64,000 bases of DNA from Candidatus Rifleibacteriota bacterium (GCA_017417215.1 JAFPZP010000062.1:11604-75603); one strand, 5' to 3'. Shown: positions 1 through 8,757, counted from the first letter of the stretch. Translations and numbers: made by a program. The notes: generated from the sequence alone by a model not told the origin.

Positions 1-413
1 AGCTTGGTGCAGCTCATCATATCGCACACGGAACTGCAAACGGTTTGCTCATTGAAGAAGTAATCAGATTCAATGCTTCTGACAAACCAAGCAAACAGAC
101 AGCTTTTCCACAGTATAAATACCCAGAAGCCAAGTGGAGATATGCTCGTGTAGCTGATTATCTCAATCTTGGCGGCGAAACCGATGATGAAAAGGTTGAA
201 CTGCTTATAAAGGCTGTTGCAAAACTTAAAGCTGAAATCGGTATTCCTTCTAGCATAAAAGAATACGGTATCAGCGAAGACAAGTTCTACGAAAGCCTAG
301 ATGAGATGTGCGAAATGGCATTTGATGACCAATGCACTGGTGCAAACCCAAGATATCCGCTTATCAGCGAAATCAAGCAGATGTTCATTAACGCTTACGA
401 AGGAAAGAAGTAG
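1..413 (+). CDS. adhE: 3' fragment of bifunctional aldehyde/alcohol dehydrogenase (iron-containing ADH domain); 5' end lies outside the window
   Basis: Frame 3 is open from base 3. Translation LGAAHHIAHGTANGLLIEEVIRFNA ... FDDQCTGANPRYPLISEIKQMF matches the metal-site histidines and the characteristic C-terminal tail of AdhE/Fe-ADH. Stop TAG at 411-413. Confidence 0.8.
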   Translation, partial: LGAAHHIAHGTANGLLIEEVIRFNASDKPSKQTAFPQYKYPEAKWRYARVADYLNLGGETDDEKVELLIKAVAKLKAEIGIPSSIKEYGISEDKFYESLDEMCEMAFDDQCTGANPRYPLISEIKQMFINAYEGKK

Positions 414-420
414 AGCCAAG

Positions 421-455
421 CAGAGCGGAGAGCGGAAGAGCGACAGAGCGGACAG
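421..455 (+). repeat. Short tandem run of AGAGCGG-like heptamers/octamers directly after the adhE stop
   Basis: cagagcg gagagcg gaagagcg acagagcg gacag. G+C-rich in an A+T-rich background. A partial second copy (gagagcggcagagcggacag) lies at 679-698. Confidence 0.7.
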
Positions 456-594
456 TAGACGCGAGACCTCTATTCTCCGCACAAGGCTCGTTCCCTCAAA
501 GTCTATTCGAAAGTACAAATTAACAGAGACCGCGGAGGAGAATAAGGTTGAGCAAGCAACTGTCCGCTTTTAAAAGAATTAAGAGATAAGAGCA

Positions 595-671
595 GTCTAC
601 ACATTTGTCATAAAAAGTATAGCGTATGGGCCTTAGCCCTGAAAGCTATACGTTTATGACAATGGGTAGAC
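595..671 (+). repeat. 77-nt long-hairpin (palindromic) intergenic repeat, copy 1
   Basis: gtctac-acatttgtcataaa-aagtatagc-gtatgggccttagccctgaaa-gctatac-gtttatgacaatgg-gtagac. Nested inverted repeats give about 25 bp of stem. 70/77 identical to 14654-14730. Confidence 0.8.
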
Positions 672-858
672 TTCCATAGAGAGCGGCAGAGCGGACAGGC
701 TCCTTCCCCTCAAGTGGAGGCTTTAGGACTACACTTCCTACTCTTCCAACCCTTCTAACAATTACACCAGCGAAGTGGAACACTTGAAGATACTTAGCAC
801 TTAATGTAAACTGAAAACAGATAAATAATTTGAGATTATAGAAATAGGGAAGTTCATC

Positions 859-1197
859 ATGGCTGCAACTAAGAAATCAACTACATCAAAACCACAAAAA
901 ACTACAACTACTACTGTTACTACAGTAACCAAAACAACAACCACTGGCGGAACCAAAAAGAAATCCAACAATGACTTTTCATGGAGCAGATTATTTGGTC
1001 TCACAGGCTTAAAACAGAAAATATCAAGAAAGACAGGCGTTCCTTTTTCCAAGGCTGGCCGTGATAGAAAAATCGGAGCCATGATTACAAAAGGTATAAC
1101 CAACCTATTTAGCAAAAAAGAAGGCGGTAAAAAAGGTTGTGTTGTCTACTTCTTTATACCAGTCATTATAGGCTTAGGTATATATTATCTTCTATAA
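859..1197 (+). CDS. Hypothetical small Thr/Lys-rich tail-anchored membrane protein
   Basis: ATG at 859 with GGGAAG 6 nt upstream. 112 aa with a T/K-rich N-terminal part (KTTTTTVTTVTKTTTTGG) and a single C-terminal hydrophobic helix VVYFFIPVIIGLGIYYLL. Family not recognised. The antisense ORF 801..1115 was judged less plausible. Confidence 0.45.
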   Translation: MAATKKSTTSKPQKTTTTTVTTVTKTTTTGGTKKKSNNDFSWSRLFGLTGLKQKISRKTGVPFSKAGRDRKIGAMITKGITNLFSKKEGGKKGCVVYFFIPVIIGLGIYYLL

Positions 1198-1199
1198 GA

Positions 1200-2012
1200 T
1201 TAGCGAAGTAATTCCCCTGAATTCTCTCTAAAATCACGGGTAATATTCAACAGACTAGAAAGCATCTTAAGCCTTCCCTTCAAATCTAATGAGCCATATT
1301 TGCTAACAAGAATAAAATTATCAAAACATTCATATTGATAACCTTTAACATGATTTTTCAAGAATGAATACCTAACATCTCTACTTAAAAATGCTTTTAT
1401 TTCTGGTTCATTTAAGCCTTCTACGAAAAACTTTTTCGAGAAGGCTTTATCATAGCCAAAATTAACTGTTTTACTTTTAAAAACCTTATTTAAAACAACA
1501 GCTAAAACTTCAAAAATATTAAGACATATAGCAGAAAAGAAAAGATCGCCCAAGAAGCCTTTGGTTTCCTGATCAGATTCTTTTAATCTGAATATAGGAA
1601 AGTCAAACTCCGGTTTACTTATAATGCAGACAGTTTCAAAGTTTGTATACTTACCACCTTCAGAGTCTATAGTTATATATTTGAAATAAAAAGTACTGAA
1701 ACTAACCCCATTACGAATTCCAGACATTTCACTCAAGTATTCTCTGGATTCTCCTTTATCCAACAAAAGAGAATGAGTAACAAAATCATATAAATCCGTC
1801 TTATCGCGTAATCTTTCATTGAACTCCAGATTATTCTTTTTACAATAGTTTTCTATCTCGCTGCTAGCTTTCTTAATACTAACACTCACTCGATAATGCT
1901 CATAATAATGAGCAAAAACTATTACAATTACCAGTAACGCTAATAATACGTAAATTTCCATATTTGAACTCAACCTCAAGAATATAATAAAACAAAAAAA
2001 CAAAACTTTCAT
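1200..2012 (-). CDS. Membrane-anchored protein of unknown function, paralog of 2241..2909 (possibly DUF3137-like, tentative)
   Basis: The internal ATG at 1961 (MEIYVLLALLVIVIVF...) has GAGG upstream and is an equally likely start. N-terminal TM helix. Colinear motifs shared with the divergent neighbour: YCKKNNLEF/YCETNKFEF, FDFPIFRLKE/ANFPKFYLRE, FSKKFFVEG/FSEKFMLRG. Confidence 0.6.
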   Translation of the reverse strand: MKVLFFCFIIFLRLSSNMEIYVLLALLVIVIVFAHYYEHYRVSVSIKKASSEIENYCKKNNLEFNERLRDKTDLYDFVTHSLLLDKGESREYLSEMSGIRNGVSFSTFYFKYITIDSEGGKYTNFETVCIISKPEFDFPIFRLKESDQETKGFLGDLFFSAICLNIFEVLAVVLNKVFKSKTVNFGYDKAFSKKFFVEGLNEPEIKAFLSRDVRYSFLKNHVKGYQYECFDNFILVSKYGSLDLKGRLKMLSSLLNITRDFRENSGELLR

Positions 2013-2039
2013 ACAAAAATTAAAGTTGCCATATGGTCT

Positions 2040-2071
2040 AAAAAAAAGAAAGCCGAGGTCTTTTCCTCGGC
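2040..2071 (-). terminator. Intrinsic terminator on the minus strand inside a divergent intergenic region
   Basis: Minus strand reads GCCGAGG-aaaaga-CCTCGGC followed by TTTCTTTTTTTT. There is no minus-strand ORF upstream of it. Confidence 0.5.
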
Positions 2072-2240
2072 CCGAAAATTAAGGAGGCAAACAAACCCAT
2101 CAACTTTTTCGGCAGGGTTTTTATTTTTCTTAACAATAATTTATAAAAAATTAATATTCCTAATAAGAAACAAGAAATCTTCTTTACATTGAGGGGAGTA
2201 AATTTTATAATTAATTCACTTAAGACATCGGAGTCGAAGA

Positions 2241-2909
2241 ATGCCTTATTCAGTTATTAACGCCTTAGTAGTTTTTCTTGCTATACTAGCTATAGCTTTT
2301 ATCATCAGTCGTAAAACCCAGAAAGAAAAAGACAATCTGGCTAATACTAAAAAATACTGTGAAACCAATAAATTTGAGTTCATAAGAAATATGAAGCTGG
2401 AAGAACTTCCAGAAAAAGTTCGCAATTTCAGTATTATTCAAAGTCATGTTGGTTATAAAGAATTTCACAGTATTGTTAAAGGAAATTCTAAAGGTTTTGA
2501 TTTTCATTTACTAACCTTTATTTATCCTGGCAACCATTCTACAAGTGGTAGTTTAATCTGTTTGATAAATAAAAAAGATGCTAACTTCCCTAAGTTTTAT
2601 TTAAGAGAACATAAGACATTTAGCGACTCAATTGGTAAACTCTTTGGTAAAGAAGAAATAAAAATAACAGAAGACAAGAACTTTTCAGAAAAATTCATGC
2701 TTCGAGGTGAAAATTCTGAAAATACCACTAAATTTCTTACAGAAAAAAGAAGACAGATTTTTACCAGTGAACATATCGAAAAATATGAATACGAAGCAGA
2801 TTCAGACTACTTTGCAATCTCATATCCTCTTGCTCCCAGCATTCCTGTTCAAGAATACGAATCTCTTCTGGCAAAAACCACTTCTATATTAGAAAAGCTA
2901 GAGATTTAA
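2241..2909 (+). CDS. Membrane-anchored protein of unknown function, paralog of 1200..2012
   Basis: 222 aa. GGAGTCGAAGA precedes the ATG. N-terminal TM helix ALVVFLAILAIAFII. Shares motifs with 1200..2012 (see that entry). Confidence 0.65.
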   Translation: MPYSVINALVVFLAILAIAFIISRKTQKEKDNLANTKKYCETNKFEFIRNMKLEELPEKVRNFSIIQSHVGYKEFHSIVKGNSKGFDFHLLTFIYPGNHSTSGSLICLINKKDANFPKFYLREHKTFSDSIGKLFGKEEIKITEDKNFSEKFMLRGENSENTTKFLTEKRRQIFTSEHIEKYEYEADSDYFAISYPLAPSIPVQEYESLLAKTTSILEKLEI

Positions 2910-2910
2910 A

Positions 2911-3360
2911 ATGGAAATTGAACGAAAATTTCTGTTAAAAAACGATAGCTGGAAAAAAATAGCAAGCAAAAGCATTCATATTAAACAGGGCTACATCTCA
3001 ACAAACCCATTGTCTGTAGTTAGAATCAGAATAGCAGATTCCAAAAGCTTTCTAACAATCAAAGGTAAAGGTTCTAATATTTCCAGACCAGAATATGAAT
3101 ATGAAATCCCATTGCAAGATGCAGAAGAAATGTATAACCTTTTCTGCCAACATACCGGGTTAGCTAAAACTCGCCATATAGTTGAGTATAAAGGGCATAT
3201 ATGGGAAATAGATGAATTTGAAGGTCGTCACCAAGGGCTTATTTTAGCTGAAGTAGAAATGAAATCAGAAGATGAAGAAGTAATATTGCCAGAATGGATA
3301 GAAAAGGAAGTTACAGGAGACCCTCGATATTACAATTCTAATCTTGCAAAAGCTGATTAA
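2911..3360 (+). CDS. CYTH domain protein (CyaB/thiamine-triphosphatase-like triphosphate tunnel enzyme)
   Basis: N-terminal MEIERKFLLK carries the EXEXK signature of CYTH proteins. 149 aa is a typical size. Contains WEIDEFEG...GLILAEVE. The start lies 1 nt after the upstream stop. Confidence 0.8.
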   Translation: MEIERKFLLKNDSWKKIASKSIHIKQGYISTNPLSVVRIRIADSKSFLTIKGKGSNISRPEYEYEIPLQDAEEMYNLFCQHTGLAKTRHIVEYKGHIWEIDEFEGRHQGLILAEVEMKSEDEEVILPEWIEKEVTGDPRYYNSNLAKAD

Positions 3361-3384
3361 TACTTCTACCCCCATAGAAATGAT

Positions 3385-4821
3385 ATGTTAAAAAATTTAT
3401 ATAAAGAATACCTTGATAAACCAACTAATCTAGAAAAATGCCTCTATCTTTATGATTTATATCATAATTCTCCCCAAGATTTCTTTGAGCTGGCCAACCA
3501 ACATAGAATCGAATTTTTGCCGATTCTTTACACCCCTACTATCGGCGATGCCGTCATAAACTACAGCAAGAACTATAAATACCCGCTCGGGCTCACTATT
3601 TCTTATTCAGATAAAGGAAATATAAAAAATATATTAGAGAAAGCCAAAGCAGATTTTGGCGCTAAAAAGATGACTATTTCTGTTATTACCGATGGAGAAG
3701 GAGTATTAGGAATAGGCGATCAAGGCGTAGGTGCTATATATATTTCCTTAGGCAAGCTGATGGTTTACTCTCTTTGCGGAGGCTTAGACATATCGACTAC
3801 TCTGCCTATAATGCTCGATGTAGGAACAAATAACCAGACTCTTCTGAATTCTCCTGAATACAAGGGCTGGCGTCACCCAAGATTATCAGGGCAAGAATAT
3901 TATGATTTTATTGATGAATTTGTTCATGCTTTTTCCGAAATCTTTCCAGACAGTTTTCTTCATTGGGAAGATTTCGGTAGAGATAATGCTAGACCTATTC
4001 TTGATAAATACAGAGAATATCACCCTTCATTCAATGATGACATTCAGGGAACAGGAGTTGTTGCATTAGCAGCCGTATTAAGTGGAATAAAAAAATCCGG
4101 TATTCCTCTAAAACAGCATAAAATATGCATCTTTGGCGCTGGCACCGCAGGTTGTGGCATAGCCAACCAATTATGTAGAGGATTATCAATAAAGTCAGGT
4201 GTAAGTTTTGAAGAACAAAGCAAAAACTTCTATCTTATTGATAAAACTGGGCTCTTGCTAAGCAATGATAGCAATCTGTTGTATTTTCAAAAAACCTTCG
4301 CCCATTCACCTGAAGAAGTTTCAGATTGGAAAACAACAAAACCAAATTATATCGGTCTATTAGATGTAATAAAAAATGCTCAGCCCAGCATACTGATTGG
4401 CTGTTCGACAGCTTCTGGAGCTTTTACAGATGAAGTTCTCACAACTATGTATAGTTACAACAAAAAGCCTATTATAATGCCAATTTCTAATCCTACTTCC
4501 AAAGCAGAAGCTACTCCAGAAAGAATTATAAATTGCACGGATGGGAATGCTCTTATCGCTACTGGTAGCCCCTTTCCACCAGTTAACTACAAAGGGCAAA
4601 CAATCAAAATATCTCAGTGCAATAATGCCTTAGTTTTTCCTGGAATAGGCATAGGTATGATAAAATCTAAGGCTAGAGTATTAACAGACGAAATGCTTTT
4701 AAAAGCCAGCGAAGCACTTGCATCGGAATCGAACTCTGATTTATCTGCTCCAAATCAGCTTCTTCCAAGCTTTGAAAGAGTTCTTGAAATATCTGAAATT
4801 ATCAGTAATCAAATCAAATAA
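3385..4821 (+). CDS. NAD(P)-dependent malic enzyme (large type)
   Basis: Motifs LYTPTIGDA, VITDGEGVLGIGDQG, FNDDIQGTGVVALA and the Rossmann motif GAGTAGCGIA are arranged as in malic enzymes. Confidence 0.85.
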   Translation: MLKNLYKEYLDKPTNLEKCLYLYDLYHNSPQDFFELANQHRIEFLPILYTPTIGDAVINYSKNYKYPLGLTISYSDKGNIKNILEKAKADFGAKKMTISVITDGEGVLGIGDQGVGAIYISLGKLMVYSLCGGLDISTTLPIMLDVGTNNQTLLNSPEYKGWRHPRLSGQEYYDFIDEFVHAFSEIFPDSFLHWEDFGRDNARPILDKYREYHPSFNDDIQGTGVVALAAVLSGIKKSGIPLKQHKICIFGAGTAGCGIANQLCRGLSIKSGVSFEEQSKNFYLIDKTGLLLSNDSNLLYFQKTFAHSPEEVSDWKTTKPNYIGLLDVIKNAQPSILIGCSTASGAFTDEVLTTMYSYNKKPIIMPISNPTSKAEATPERIINCTDGNALIATGSPFPPVNYKGQTIKISQCNNALVFPGIGIGMIKSKARVLTDEMLLKASEALASESNSDLSAPNQLLPSFERVLEISEIISNQIK

Positions 4822-4898
4822 TTTTTTATTTTTCATTTGTTTTACTTATCCATTCTTTGTTGCTTGCCTTTTAAACAACTATGGTTTAGAATAGAGCA

Positions 4899-7871
4899 AT
4901 GGCTTCTACACACAGAAAAAGCAACTATCTTTTTTTACATAAATGTCGCAAGTTTCTAAGTGAACTTGGACTTTTTTTAATATTACTTTTGCTACCAATA
5001 ATTACTATTGGAGTTGCTTTTTACAATATTCAACAAAAAATTCTTGATAATTCAATAAATCATAGTCTTGATGAAATGGCAGAAATAACAGCCCATATGC
5101 AAAGACTAACAGAACCCAAAACCTATTATCAGGAATCCTTAAGACGTCTGGCAGAATCTTTCAAATGGTATGAAAACATAGAAGAAGTCCCTCGTATTGG
5201 AGAAAAAGAATTATTAGACCTGGCTCTGTTTGACGAAAATGGCAATAGATTAAAATGGCCTGCTAATGAAAACCTTATTAAAACTAAAGTTTCGCAAGAT
5301 TACATCCAAGCTATTAAACGCCTTTCTTCAAATCCAGATGTCCCCATCCAACCAGAAGAATCTAAGACTTCCATTATGTATTCAGGTAATTCAGAAACCT
5401 TGTCTAGCCTTGTAAATAATCCGAATACCCTTGTTAATTTTCAGGGATTAGGCTTAAGAAAAATGGGCGGTTGGTTTAAAATCCAATTACCTCTAAAAGA
5501 AAACGAAACCGAAAAAAAATATGGAGATTTGATTGCTTGGCTTGATTTGCAAAAGCTTGGCAAATATACTTTGGCAGAAAAAACAATTGCAACAATGCAA
5601 AAATTGGCCACTTCTGAATATACTTTTTCCTATATTGATCTGAACGATATAGAAATAAACAAAAGCAGCAATAATAGACGTTTTAAAAATCCTATAACCA
5701 AGATTCTTTCTTCAAACTCATTAAAATCAGGTTTTATATATGAAAATGAACTCTTTTCAATAAGTGACACCCAGGAAGGTTTAAGACTTATATGTTCAAA
5801 ACATTGTCCCAAACCCATTAAGTTAATAGAAACATATAAAAGAATATTGTTTATTATTGTTCCTGTAGTATTTCTTTTATTTATCTGGGCAAAAATATTC
5901 AAAGTTAAAATTAGTTTTTCGATAAAATTACAGGCTGCTTTAACCTTTGGTTTTGCATCAATTATTGGGATTATTGCTATATTAATCAGCAACACTGCAT
6001 ATCAATATGAAAAGCAAGAAAGTGTTACTCAAAAATACAAAAATGAAGCTATAGAAATTCTGGAAAAAGTAGACCAACAATATTCTGATTCATTTGATGA
6101 CTTGTTAGTCCAATATAGACATTTTAAAGAAGAACTTCTCAACGGCAATAGACCTGCTGAAGAAATTTTATCTCCTTTAATCAAAGCACAAAAAGAAGAA
6201 GTAATTGCTTATGCTGTTTATGTTGACTATACAGGGAAAATTGTTTTTCAAGCTCCTGGCAATAATTCCATACAATTTTCAAATATAGCCAGTAGATATG
6301 GAAGACTTGTAAATAGATTAGCAATACAAAGCTTAAAAACCTTTAACTCTTCTAGAAGCGAAATACAGACAGAAAGCGAATCACCATCAATACAAGTCTT
6401 TACAACAACTGCAGTAGAAGGATTGTTGTCTGGGCGTTCAAAATTTATTGAAACAAAATTAGACAATGAAGATACATTGGCTTTCATGGATTTTGTTATT
6501 AACAAAGAAGATTTCGCAACAGGTTGTCTATTAATTATTCATGAGCCACAAAAACTTGAAAGACATTATTTGAATGAAAGTGGTGTAAACATTAATAATT
6601 CAAAAGACTATGAACTTATAGCTTTCCCAAAAACTTCATTAAATCCAAGTTCTTATTACCCCAGATATTCATATATTTATGAAGAACCTCTTTGGAAGCT
6701 GAACGACATAGTTAACCAAACTCAACTTCCTAGTTTTAAAAGTGGGAAAATCGGAGAAAATAATGTCATAGTTGCAGCTATTCCTGCTAATAAAATGAAA
6801 AATTATAATCTTTTCCTCTCAATGCCTGTAGATAACATGGGCGACAAAGCATTAAGCCTATCTAACGTATTATTATTTGGTTCTGTATTTGCTTTGATTT
6901 TTATGATTATTCTCAGTGTCATTATAAGCTATTCTATTAATGGTCCTATAAATATCCTCAAACAAAATGCCGCCACAATAAAAGGGAACCATAACAAATT
7001 ACAGAATATTATAAAATATTCTGACAGCAGTGAATTAGAAAGTATTTCAACAGGTATAACAAATCTTGTTATTAAAACTAAAGAATTTTATGAAAAACAA
7101 AACATTGTAAAAGAGCTTCTTCCTTTTACACCCTATACTGATTCACAATATGAAGCTAATGTTTTCCCATTAAAGGAAAATGATAATAATTCTCTTTACT
7201 ATTCATCATTTTTCCCTGAAGATAATACCCTATCAGTTTTCTTTATTAAACATAATGGTAAAGCAGATTTGACCTCTTCTTTACCATTATCAATGTCTGG
7301 TATGGCCTTAAAAGTATTTATTGAACAGCAAAATATGCGTTCTCCCTCATTAGCCATTAAAAATCTGGAAGAATTCTTTAAAATAAATTACAAAATGAGT
7401 ATTTCTGCTAATTATTTAAGTATCTTCTTAGATATTGAAACAGGATTATTAAATTATTATGGATTAGGTGAATACTGCATTCTTCAATGCAATTTAACAG
7501 AGTCTAAAATTGATATCATCAAAATTTCAAAACAAGACAAACCTGTTAAAGATTCATCTGGAAGTCTTGATATAGAGCAAAATATTTCTCAGAATACATG
7601 TTTTATTATATTATCTAAAGACATATCTTCAGATAAAATCGAATTATTACAGCAAGCTTTAGCAAATAAATCCATAAATAATGATAATCTCAAGGAAGAA
7701 TTATTACCGATTATTCACGAATTTATACATCAGAATGAAAAAATAGATTCTTTATTGTATATCATTAGAAAACAAGAAAATAAAACTGCATTGTTAAATA
7801 AAAAACTTGCAGAAAGTAATCCAATAGCACTTATAAGAAGTCAGAAGACAGGGAGCCAATCCAATGCTTAA
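4899..7871 (+). CDS. Large membrane sensor-like protein with a degenerate SpoIIE/PP2C-like C-terminal region (paralog of 7864..10911)
   Basis: 990 aa. N-terminal TM, about 280-aa extracytoplasmic segment, TM pair (ILFIIVPVVFLLFIW / ALTFGFASIIGIIAILI), a second extracytoplasmic segment, then TM LLFGSVFALIFMIILSVIISY and a cytoplasmic C-terminal region colinear with the downstream paralog. The stop overlaps the next start (ATGCTTAA). Confidence 0.7.
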   Translation: MASTHRKSNYLFLHKCRKFLSELGLFLILLLLPIITIGVAFYNIQQKILDNSINHSLDEMAEITAHMQRLTEPKTYYQESLRRLAESFKWYENIEEVPRIGEKELLDLALFDENGNRLKWPANENLIKTKVSQDYIQAIKRLSSNPDVPIQPEESKTSIMYSGNSETLSSLVNNPNTLVNFQGLGLRKMGGWFKIQLPLKENETEKKYGDLIAWLDLQKLGKYTLAEKTIATMQKLATSEYTFSYIDLNDIEINKSSNNRRFKNPITKILSSNSLKSGFIYENELFSISDTQEGLRLICSKHCPKPIKLIETYKRILFIIVPVVFLLFIWAKIFKVKISFSIKLQAALTFGFASIIGIIAILISNTAYQYEKQESVTQKYKNEAIEILEKVDQQYSDSFDDLLVQYRHFKEELLNGNRPAEEILSPLIKAQKEEVIAYAVYVDYTGKIVFQAPGNNSIQFSNIASRYGRLVNRLAIQSLKTFNSSRSEIQTESESPSIQVFTTTAVEGLLSGRSKFIETKLDNEDTLAFMDFVINKEDFATGCLLIIHEPQKLERHYLNESGVNINNSKDYELIAFPKTSLNPSSYYPRYSYIYEEPLWKLNDIVNQTQLPSFKSGKIGENNVIVAAIPANKMKNYNLFLSMPVDNMGDKALSLSNVLLFGSVFALIFMIILSVIISYSINGPINILKQNAATIKGNHNKLQNIIKYSDSSELESISTGITNLVIKTKEFYEKQNIVKELLPFTPYTDSQYEANVFPLKENDNNSLYYSSFFPEDNTLSVFFIKHNGKADLTSSLPLSMSGMALKVFIEQQNMRSPSLAIKNLEEFFKINYKMSISANYLSIFLDIETGLLNYYGLGEYCILQCNLTESKIDIIKISKQDKPVKDSSGSLDIEQNISQNTCFIILSKDISSDKIELLQQALANKSINNDNLKEELLPIIHEFIHQNEKIDSLLYIIRKQENKTALLNKKLAESNPIALIRSQKTGSQSNA

Positions 7872-8430
7872 TCTTAGAGAATCTGACAGAAAGATAACAA
7901 ATAAAAACCTCTTTAAATGGCTTCTTGTCGTATTATTTGTATGGTTTTTACCCTCTTCCATATTCTGGACAAGTCTCTATCTCTACATATCTGAAGATTG
8001 TGAACGAAAAGACGCAAACAGTCTAAAAATAATAGAAAATAAACTTGAAGATATAGCTCATGACAGCGCAAGAACAAGATATTTCCAAGACAGATTCTCT
8101 AAGCTGTTTATGTCTCTTAAAGGTATTCCAATCAATATAACCAATTTGCAAAGAATTATAGATGGGTTTACCGGTAAATATCCTAAAGACGCGATGTCTA
8201 TATATATTTTTAACGGTAAACTTGAAATAATAAAAACCAAAGGAGCAAGTCAAGAATTTGAAAAATTCCTAAAGTTAGCTTCTTCAAGCCCAGATGACCA
8301 AACCATTACAGAAGACCATTTAAAAGATATCGGTCAAAAAATACCAGAACCATCTTTAATTATTAAACTAGTAAGAGAACAAAAAAACAAGGCTATAGAA
8401 TTAGGGAATCCAGACAAATACTCTCTTTGA
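7864..8430 (+). CDS. N-terminal fragment (TM plus extracytoplasmic domain) of a sensor gene ended by an in-frame TGA; same frame as 8758..10911
   Basis: ATG at 7864 overlaps the upstream stop. TM helix LFKWLLVVLFVWFLPSSIFW. TGA at 8428-8430. The same reading frame stays open without a start codon from 8431 to 8757. Confidence 0.6.
   Translation: MLNLRESDRKITNKNLFKWLLVVLFVWFLPSSIFWTSLYLYISEDCERKDANSLKIIENKLEDIAHDSARTRYFQDRFSKLFMSLKGIPINITNLQRIIDGFTGKYPKDAMSIYIFNGKLEIIKTKGASQEFEKFLKLASSSPDDQTITEDHLKDIGQKIPEPSLIIKLVREQKNKAIELGNPDKYSL
8428..8430 (+). other. Single in-frame TGA splitting an otherwise continuous 1015-codon reading frame (7864..10911)
   Basis: Hand translation of frame 1 from 8431 gives FFDYDLKINSSNIGGILVFVHYNKLKNKDILSETIQNDLKQNYGFIDSNESELPKTLLDSQINDDFIKGYYKQNPTNRFRRHSKLVCLKRLGEHCILVGAKGINHPAWS with no stop, running into the TTG at 8758. 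Confidence 0.85.
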
Positions 8431-8757
8431 TTTTTTGATTATGATTTAAAAATCAATTCTTCAAACATAGGTGGTATCTTAGTTTTTGTTCATTACAACA
8501 AACTAAAAAACAAAGATATTCTTTCAGAAACCATTCAAAACGATTTAAAACAAAATTATGGGTTTATAGATTCTAACGAAAGTGAATTACCTAAAACACT
8601 CTTAGATTCTCAAATTAATGATGATTTCATAAAAGGTTATTATAAACAGAATCCAACTAACCGATTCCGACGTCATTCTAAACTCGTATGTTTAAAAAGA
8701 CTAGGAGAACACTGTATACTTGTTGGAGCAAAAGGCATTAATCACCCAGCCTGGAGT

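Noticed and set aside
301-573. 90-aa ORF spanning the adhE stop into the G+C-rich island
   Set aside because: It is out of frame with adhE and Arg/Ser-rich as expected from translating G+C-rich non-coding repeats, with no SD. It is better explained as non-coding.
414-858. tRNA, tmRNA or rRNA fragment in the G+C-rich island
   Set aside because: No GTTCGAATC-type T-arm, acceptor-stem complementarity or rRNA-like conserved block could be found by eye.
801-1115. 104-aa minus-strand ORF overlapping 859..1197
   Set aside because: Only one of the two can be real. The plus-strand ORF has an SD-like GGGAAG and a tail-anchor architecture. The minus-strand product is a Val-run artefact of the ACN-rich Thr codons. 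Confidence in either remains modest.
4822-4898. Leaderless-mRNA promoter for 4899..7871 (TTGCCT-17-TAGAAT ending 9 nt before the ATG, no SD)
   Set aside because: Plausible, but it rests on a single weak -35 and my hand spacing. It is not reported as a feature without transcript data.
8428-8430. Genome-wide reassignment of TGA (code 4 or 25) as the explanation for the in-frame TGA
   Set aside because: TGA ends several well-supported genes here, for example 23466..24185 and 30801..31934, and the ATGA overlaps at 47951, 50752, 55848 and 58085. The other large genes have no internal TGA. TGA is therefore a normal stop in this organism.
8428-8470. Selenocysteine insertion at the TGA
   Set aside because: Only a weak 6-bp A+T-rich hairpin (ttgatt...aatcaa) follows the codon. 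It does not resemble a bacterial SECIS. The site lies in a predicted extracytoplasmic sensor domain, and no sel genes are in the window. This cannot be fully excluded without the whole genome.
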